41,016 nucleotides of DNA, from contig NC_069000.1 in assembly GCF_001194135.2 (NCBI RefSeq), forward strand, positions 44,074,263-44,115,278. Reading direction: 5' to 3'. Within the stretch, counting starts at the first letter, position 1; each line of letters begins with the position of its first letter. Source of the DNA: Octopus bimaculoides (Eukaryota). The position numbers and the translations under genes were made by a program. This document shows, piece by piece, positions 32,111 through 41,016 of this stretch. Below the pieces are notes generated by a model. The model was not told the DNA's origin. It saw only the letters and a list, made by a program, of their open reading frames with translations, and searched no databases.

Positions 32111-34236
32111 GCAGGATGATATATTTTATATTAAATTTTTAGGGAATGAAACTTGAAAGCAGGCAGAAACCCAAGTGTGTGTGGGGGTGGGAGAGAAATG
32201 TCTGGTGAATTAATTTATATGGTGATGACAAATGCCAAAAACTGAATGCAAATGCGTCAACCTGTTGAAATACTTTGGCAGAAAGTTGGCTGGGAAGGGG
32301 TTGGAGGTGAGAGGAGAGGAAACTGGTGGAACGAGAAAAACTGGCAAACGATGCAAAGCATTTGTGTTTATTTTACTAGAATTGTAAATAGCAGAATGAG
32401 AAATGGAGAGGTCAGACAGATGGTTTAGTAGAATATATGGGTTTGAGAAAGAGAATTAATATAATGGGGGAGAAATTGGTGTAGAGAAAACCATGTGGTG
32501 ATGAAGATGGTTTCGAATTTGTACCCCCAAAGTATAACACCTTGGGCGAAGTATTTTTTATTGTCGCTACCTTCAGAGTGAGATCTGGAGGAGAGAAGCT
32601 GTGTGGAAGCCTGTCATGTGTGTGTGTATATATGTATACATATGTATATATGTATACATATGTATATATGTTAATATGTATGTACTTCACATCCGTTTTT
32701 TCCAAGTTAGCATGGGTTAGATGAGTACATATTACTTTGCTTTCTGTCTACTGCACTCTAATTTTTCAATCATATAGATACAAAGATAGCAAATATCTAA
32801 AGAGGGAAAAGTGAAAGAAAACAATGGTTTCTGTGCATTCTAGCACTAACATGCGATCTTAAAGATAGCATGTTGGGGGCTAGAATACACACTCATAATA
32901 TCCATGGCATCAGGCTACTTCACACTGAGTGATCAACACAGTTGATGCTTCGCTAAAAATACACAAACCAAGAATATTGCAGACTACAAAAATTAAATAC
33001 ATTCTAGTTACAAAATGGATATGTTATGAAAAAAACTCAGAAAACAGGACATAACATGCATCACACTTGACTTCAAAATTACAGCTAGAATATACTGCAA
33101 TAACACCAGAATGAAAAACCACCTCCTGAGTAAGAAACCACAGACTAGCAAACCACAAAACCTTCTTCAAACAACCATTTTAATATACAAATGTTAATAT
33201 AAACCTGAAACTTCACAACTCAAAACTCTTATACATTGGACACAACATGTATGACACTTTCTTGTCAGTTGATTATGCATTTACAACAAGAAGCTATTGC
33301 AGCCCATTATAATACAGTAAGTGAAACTAAATCAAAAAGCCTTAGTCAACAGTACTAAACTTTTATATAGAATCCCACAAAACAATGAAAATAACTGTGG
33401 AAACTTTCTATTAGTAAAACACAAACCAAAAAGAATCAGTTAGACCACATAAAACGAATTATTAAATCTAAGTTCTCAACCGTTTAATTGTATTTAATCT
33501 GATGTTGACAGTTTTGTGAATTCCAAAAGTATTCCCACAATCCTTTGCCACCTACAGCAAATCATGTGAGCACCACACACACTATCGTTACTATCAATTC
33601 ATTCTGATGACAAGACCAAGGAAGTCTCATCATCAGAATGAATTGTATGAAAAATATAATCAAATAGACATGTGGGTCATTGCCAAAAGCTGCTGATCCC
33701 TGTTTTGTTGTTCAATTATTTCTAATAACTTAATCACTATTAATGTGGTATTTGGAATATAACATTAAATTTTTAAAGCTTAATTAGGAATCCTTCAAAC
33801 ATGAAATCTGCATCATTGAAGCAGGAAGCAGTTTCATATGGGTTGGTCACAAAAGGGTTGGAGTGACAGGCTTTAAATGGTCAGAGCTATTTGTGCACTT
33901 CTACCCTATATCAGAAATCTAAATTAGTAATTATAATACTAATTATGATAAATGGATGGCTTTGGTTCAGAAATTTGCTTTGCAGCCCCATGGTTTTAAG
34001 TTTAAAAACCACTTTGTGGCACCTTGGGTATGTGTAGGTCTTCTGTAGCTTCAGGCTAACCAATACCTTCTGAATCAAATTAGGTGAACAGAAATAGTAC
34101 AGAAGCTAGTTGTGTGTGTGTGTGTGTGTGAGTACGTTTGTATGCGGGTGGATGTGTGTTTGTGCATGTGTATTTTTGTGTTTGTATGTGTGTGTGTATT
34201 CACATTAGCACCACTTAGGCAATGGTAACATTCGGT

Positions 34237-34405
34237 TAAGGCGGTGAGCTGGCAGAATCCTTAGTACGTCGGGCAAAATGCTTAGCAGTATTTTGTCTGT
34301 CTTTACGTTCTGAGTTCAAATTACGCCAAGGTCGACTTTGCCTTTCATCCTTTCAGGGTCGATAAATTAAGCCCCCTCCCCAAAAATTTCGGGCCTTGTT
34401 CCTAG
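34237..34405 (+). mobile_element. SINE family A, well-preserved copy
   Basis: taaggcggtgagctggcagaatcc...ctgagttcaaatt...gtcgactttgcctttcatcc...gggccttgttcc. Confidence 0.8.
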
Positions 34406-35095
34406 GGGTGGATTAATCAGCTGACCCCAATCTCCTGAAATTGCTGGACTTGTACCAAAATTTTAAAAAAAACCTATTATTATTATTGTTGTTATTGTTA
34501 TGCTGTCTTTTTGCTTTAGATTTGTCTGTGTTTAAAGGTTCCTCAACAGAATTAATAGGAAGCCTAGAGTCATTGGTCCATGGGATCACAGTCAGCATCA
34601 AGTATTGTGGACCTCAGCCGTGTTGGGCTCTAATAACCCGTAGGAAATAAATATATTTCATACCTCAATGTTCAATTAAGAATCCTTTATTATTATTATT
34701 ATCATCATCATCATCATCATCATTATTATTATTATTATGATAATTATAATCATAATTGTAATAATGATGGATGTATGCGAGACTGGAAGTGGCAACCAGC
34801 TGAATGACAGCTTGTTACACACCCAACCTACTGAAAGACTCCCAACATCACACCACACTTATTAACCTACATACCAATATTATTACATACCAGAAAGGAT
34901 GATGATGATGATGATGATGATTTCAGGGGGGGGGGCGCACGAGAGAGAGAGAGAAAGAGGGTGAAAATGGGAGAGTGTGCGTGTCTAACATTATTAACGT
35001 GCGGAAGCAGTGAAGTGGCAGGATTGGTACAATGGCCATTTACTTGTGGCCCCATTATATCTCTGGGCTGAGTTCAATTCCTAGCACAGTCTTAA

Positions 35096-35139
<44 letters not shown>

Positions 35140-35303
35140 GTAAGCAAGTCTGGTGTAGTTATTCATAAAACTAGGACATTTTATTGTGGAAATATTCACA
35201 CAGAACTAAAAATAAAAACTTGTTACAATTTCATAATTACATGCACATTCTCACACACCCACTTACACACTCACATACACCCACAAGTGTATATGAGAGA
35301 GAT

Positions 35304-35342
<39 letters not shown>

Positions 35343-37529
35343 GTAATTAGAAAATTGTGACAAGTTTTTATTTTTAGTTCATGAGATTATTTTAGCAAAA
35401 GAATGTTGAAGTCCCAGTTATATGAACCCTGTCTCAGAAGTTGATAAGGAGCAACTAAAAAAAAAAAAGGATTAGTCTTAGTAAGGGCATTCAGCTACAA
35501 AACAGTGACACACAAAGTCTGATTGAAGCCCCAAACCAGCATGGGAAAACTGGCCTAAAAATGATGACAAGAATGAAGAATTTCTAGGTTTAGCAGAAAT
35601 ATTTAACCTTCCTAAGAAGAGTTAATAAAATAATGAACTGGCTATATACTCAACCGAACCTTTAGACAGTGGTTACTACACATATACACCTATCTACGTC
35701 TTCTACTGACCATGTGTGATAATTTGCACAAGTGTCTTCTACAGCCCTGGGCTGACCAGAGTCTTGTGAGCAGATTTAGTACAAGGAAACTGGAAGAAGC
35801 CCATTGTGTGTGTGTACATATTTTCCTTGTTTTCATATGTGTTCACTGGTTGTAGGCACTGACTTCTCTAAGGATGTCGGCTTGCAGTCCACTTTTACAC
35901 AACCAAAAGCTCACTCCACACTACCATTGTTTGGGCTATCATCATCATCATCATCATGGTCATCAAGTGCTAACAATCATTGGTGAAAACTAGATTTAGA
36001 CCCATGGAAGATTTATGTTTGGGGGTGAAAGAACCCCCCTCTGCATTGTAAGTTTTCTTTACTGATTACCTCTTCTAGTAAAAGACACAGACAGACACAC
36101 AAGATCTATTTGTTATAATCCATTTCATCCGTTTTATGATGCCAGATAGCTGGGATGATGCTGAAGATATTCCGTGGGGGACATTTGCATGCAAACCACC
36201 ACCGCTGCCACTGTTGCACCCCACCCTGCCCTTCAGGCTTATGAATGAAAACCAAAAAAAAAAAAAAAAAAAAAAAAAACACAGCCAATATAATTAATGG
36301 CTTTTTTGAATATTGGCAATTTCTAAGAGGAGGAGCTTTGAGATCCCCACAAAGGAGACGGGATAGAAATAAGGGAGCTGGCTTCTAATATCAAACAAAT
36401 GCTCTCAATTCATTCGCTTTCAGTTGGCCTTGCACCTCACTCTTATGGACCGAGCCCCCAACTTAAATACTACTATGGGTAAGAGTCGGGGTGGGGCTCA
36501 CACAATACTACAAAAGATTAAAAAAAAAAAAGAGATACCAAAAAATGGGCCATTTTATCGATAGGAATATCTTTCTCCATTGAGTAATCTAAAATATTCC
36601 ATCCACCCCCTAAATAGGTGGCAGGGTCATTTTTGGATCTTTGTAATGGTAGCATGAAAGGACAACTGTTCTATGTTCAAACCTGTTTAGCGAAGATCCC
36701 CTCTGGAGACTCAACCACATAGATTGTGCACTACTGAGGGGCTTTGTCTTTCATTTTATTTTTACTTTTTTATTCGTTTCAGACATTAGTCTGTGGCCAT
36801 GCTGGGGCATCACCTTGAGGAATTTTAAAATCAAACCTGCAACTGTCCCAAAACTGGAAGGGATACATTAAACAATGTAGTCCCTGATATAAATATAACA
36901 ATACAATTGGATGGTCACATCTGGCAGAGTTTTTTTACTGCAGGTCTGCTCCATCAGGACTAAACCTGGAGCTAAGCCAATGATTGAGTTTCTACATAGG
37001 AGCTAGATCTGGTAAAAATAGCAGCCAAGTCACCCTCAAATCTTCTAATATACTGATAAATAGTCACACACACACACACACACACACAGAGAAATTTGTA
37101 CAAACACACACTGTCATAGATAAATCAGTCTTTGAGTGATCACTCAACTTGCTAGAAATAGTAACCGAATCTTCATTAAAGTATATCTAAGCATTTTTTT
37201 TAAGGAGTGAAACATCAGATATCGTGCAGACCTAGGTAATATTTCTGAAACCTAAATCACATCGTTCTGTCAGGAAAACTTTTAATCATATATAGACAAA
37301 CCTGTTCAGCTGGATCATGCTGACCAGGGGCTAACAACAACAACATGCTCAGGTTACCTACCATACAACAGCATAAGCCAGTGAACTCACTCGTCCACTG
37401 AATGTTGGGGTGTGGCATGGTTTCTCAACAAGTCACACACTCAGGGTTATTCAGCCAGCCATACACATACCATTAAAAGGGCCATACAGAGCTATATAGG
37501 GTTAAACCATGATAGGTGTAAGAGACTTG

Positions 37530-37567
<38 letters not shown>

Positions 37568-38321
37568 TCTTTTAATAATGGAGGTCACGATCAAAAATAT
37601 TCAAGTCTCAGATTAACATTACACATTGCTTACAACAAAGACATCTGAGATGCCTTGGTCGGAAATGCTAAGCCAACATTTTCTTTGATTGTTAATGAAG
37701 CATGAAGCTTCACTGAAAAGCAGACAAAAGTTACTCAACAGCAACTACAAAGAGCCATTATTATTATTATTATTAGTTTTGTGAGTATGTAGTATATAAT
37801 GTGGTGGTAGCTTTAAATGTACATTGTCCCCAAACACTGTGTGCACATGTCTAGACATACCTGCTTTCATTCATCATTCCAAAAGAGGGAAAGGAAAGAA
37901 AGAATAAAAAGCACACATTCCGTCATCTCCACCACCTCTCTCTTGTGTGTGTGTGCGTGAGAGAGAGAGAGAGTGAGAGAGAGAGAGAGAGAAAGAAAGA
38001 GAGATTTACAGTTGACAAAATATGAATTCTGACCGATGCAAACATGACAGAGTGAACATTAAGAAAGAAATATATTTTGAGAATTATGTAGAGTGATGGC
38101 TGTGTGGTAAAAAGTTTGGTTCCCAGCCACAAGATTCCTGCTTCAGTCCAACGGCATGTCACTTTGGACAAGCGTCTTTTACTATAGCCAGGGAGTGGGG
38201 GAGGCAACCAAAGCCTTGTGAGTGGATTTGATAGACGGAAACTGAAAGAAACCCATCCTCTGTGTGTGTGTTACTTTATATAATACAAGCATTCTCTTTC
38301 TCATATATGCACACATAGAGA

Positions 38322-38570
38322 TTAGATTAGGTACATAGGTAGATATATAGACAGGAAGGCAGGCAAATAAATAAATAGGTAGGTAGGTAGGTAGACAGAT
38401 AGGTAGACAGGTAGGTAGGTAGGCAGATAGGTAGGTAGACAGATAGGTAGAAAGGCAGGTAGGTAGGTAGGCAGGTAGGTAGGTAGACAGGAAGGTAGAC
38501 AGGTAGGCAGATAGGTAGACAGGTAGGTAGGTAGATAGGTAGGTCTGTATATAAGTAGATAAATAGGTAA
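38322..38570. repeat. Compound tetranucleotide repeat (TAGG/CAGG/TAGA/CAGA)n
   Basis: Seen directly in the sequence. Confidence 0.95.
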
Positions 38571-39116
38571 ATATTCATTTTTAGCGCAACAGGAAATTCA
38601 TAGATAAGACTGGGAGATGTTTGTTCAAAAACACAAAGACTGCAACAACATCAACAACCAAAACAACACCAATAAAGGTATATAGTAACAAAAACATTAA
38701 AAAAAAATCCTATCACATTTCACCCAATGTAATACTTTTTACAATAAATTCACTGTATTTTTTTCTTCAACAAACAGCAGTAAATCACACACCATGACCA
38801 CCACACAATAATACTAAATACTAAATACTAATAATAATAATAATAATAATAATAATGATAATAACACATCCGGAGGAAATGCCGGGGGTGGGGGGGAGTG
38901 AGAATAGATCAACTTTAATTTCACATTCCCCCTACTGATAAAGTAAAGGGAATAAAAAGCCTAAAATGAATCCCTACAAATATACAAAGACTTTTCCACC
39001 ACAGCCACCACCCAATTTTAATTTATTTGTTTTCGATATTTGTTCTTGTTTATTATTTAGGTTATAAAAGTAGAAGAGTATGAGAAACCTGTAGTTTGTN
39101 NNNNNNNNNNNNNNNN

Positions 39117-39151
<35 letters not shown>

Positions 39152-39979
39152 TCATGGCAGTGTTAGTGGCAGATCAGGTAGATAATAAACAAGGCTGGAT
39201 TGAAGAAGTGTTCAGTTCACACAGGTAAGGTGGGTGGGAAGGCCATGCGGGGGTGGGGTTAAGACGGTAAGGAAGGAAATGGAAAGGTAAATGGGTGGCT
39301 TGGTTACTGAGAGAGAAAGAGAGAGAGCAAGGAAGAGAAGGAGAGAGAGAGAGAGAAAGGGAAGCAAAAAAGCTGGTTAGTGAGAGATAGGTCAATAGGA
39401 AAATCTTCAGCTATAACAATGTTTCATACTATGTCAGAGTATGTGACATGTATGAGTGACTATATATATATATATATATATATATATCTATATGTATATA
39501 AAATGGGTGTATGTGTGTATACATACATTTGTACATACACACTTAAACATATATATGTATGTATGTATGTACACACAAGTCTGTTTTGTGAACAAGGCAC
39601 AAAAACTGGAGAAAGCTATGCCACATATTTAACAAGTACTTTTGTGTGTTGGAGTTCTTGTTAGTCTGTATGTCAACATAGGATTGGACAGCTAAAATAA
39701 ACACACACACACACACATTTCTAATAAGAGGAAGAACTAGAGGAGATACATAATATAATTTCTTTGCAAGTAATTCAGGTGTTACAGGTCAGGTGTGGCT
39801 AAGAATCACAAGGAGATTGTGTGTGTGTGTGTGTCTGTGTGTACGGAGGAAAGCATGGCTATCTCCATACAAAAGGCAGGAAGAAGGGAGCTGTTTTGTG
39901 TGTGTGTGTGTGTGAGAGGGGGGGGAGAGTATATGCTATATGTCCTGAAATTATGCGAATCTGTAACATTATGTAAATT

Positions 39980-40017
<38 letters not shown>

Positions 40018-40851
40018 CCACACACACACATGCGCACGCACGCACAAGTATGTGCATGCTAATACCAAAACAGTGAGAATATGTTCTCAACATCATTGTG
40101 ATTTAATAAGGTTGCCAATGTTTCCATGGAAAGAGAAAATCTCTGAATTATCAAGCCTGCCACATAACATTCCCATGTGGCAGGTTGATAATCGTTAAGA
40201 GATTTATTCTTTACATGAAACCCTTGGTAGCCTTCTTAATCCTCAAAAAATAAAAGTGTATGTATGTGTATTTACATGTGTGTGTGTACACATACCATAT
40301 TTGACAGTATGTACGACACTGTTTCCCCACAAAAATGTCTTAACAAAAGCCAAACCTGGGTCCTATATTACATGCTTTAAGGCACTAAAAGCAGTTTTTC
40401 TTGAATAAAATGCCACAGAAATAGGGGGCTTCCTCTAATATGCGTGTGTATCTTTAATGCCATCAAAGAGGGTACACATATCCATCATCCTCATGGTGTC
40501 CATTTCCACTTTTCCATGCTTGCATGGGTTGGACAGAATTTGCAGAGGCAGGTTCCTTACGGCTGGTTCCCTTTCCTGCCACCGACCTTCACCTGTTTTT
40601 AAACATGGTCACATTTCTCTGTGACCAGACAGGTTTTCACAGAAGACTGGAAACAAACAATAATGCTTGCATGACAAGTGATGCTTATTTACAACCATCA
40701 CATGAAGTCAAGACAAAGGTCCACACACACTCACACACACACACACAATTTAATAATAGTCTGACTCAGTTCCATGCAACAAAATTTCATGGGCTCACAG
40801 AACTGTTATTAAACCCTTTAGCATTCACATTATTCTGTCAAATGTAATTCT

Positions 40852-41016
40852 TATTTACATTATTTACATTGGACGGATACGTGACCCCATCTTGTTGGTT
40901 GTTACCACAATGTTTCGGCTGATTTACTCTCCAGCCTTCATCAGGGGTCCTGGTGGAATTTTGGACCCAGCCCTGGGTTCTCATTCCTAAGGTATTTTTT
41001 TGAGATTATTATTTTT
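40852..41016 (-). mobile_element. Copy of the hammerhead-bearing repeat, abutting the left end of a TTAA-type MITE
   Basis: Reverse complement matches 2556-2675 (ataccttaggaatgagaaccc...ctgatgaaggctgg...cagccgaaa...caagatg...atccgtccaatgtaaataatgt). Confidence 0.65.
40904..40949 (-). ncRNA. Hammerhead-like motif, third copy with an intact core
   Basis: Reverse complement reads GGACCC-CUGAUGA-A-GGCUG(GAGAGUAAAU)CAGCC-GAAA-CA-UU-GUGGU. Stem I has a mismatch. Confidence 0.6.

Noticed and set aside
28271-41016. Search for APP exon 1 (ATG, signal peptide, phase-0 donor)
   Set aside because: No convincing candidate was found by eye; it probably lies beyond the window or in a gap.

Overview
Eukaryotic (metazoan) draft-assembly DNA: AT-rich, microsatellite-dense, with nine N-gaps. 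The repeat landscape suggests an octopus/cephalopod (inference, not a database result). The window is dominated by one minus-strand gene, an amyloid precursor protein (APP/APPL) orthologue. I reconstructed ten coding exons with canonical GT-AG sites and consistent phases (28270 down to 12619; 1693 nt, about 564 aa): E1 (GFLD + CuBD), a short linker, E2, a poly-Asp/poly-Gln acidic stalk and the start of the transmembrane helix. I found no signal-peptide exon and no cytoplasmic YENPTY tail in readable sequence; they must lie in gaps or outside the window. Introns and flanks carry tRNA-derived SINEs, a mariner MITE, TTAA-flanked MITEs, an RTE-like LINE remnant and many simple repeats. The most unexpected signals are: (1) a dispersed repeat carrying a minimal type I hammerhead ribozyme core (Penelope-like), with two copies in a ~430-nt inverted pair; (2) an intron built almost entirely from a 21-nt minisatellite; (3) a cryptic ~35-nt periodic array downstream of the last visible exon; (4) a strand-specific 22-bp intronic hairpin; (5) an extra Cys replacing the conserved Trp in the APP copper-binding domain. 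Almost all other ORFs in the supplied track are microsatellite or N-gap artefacts.
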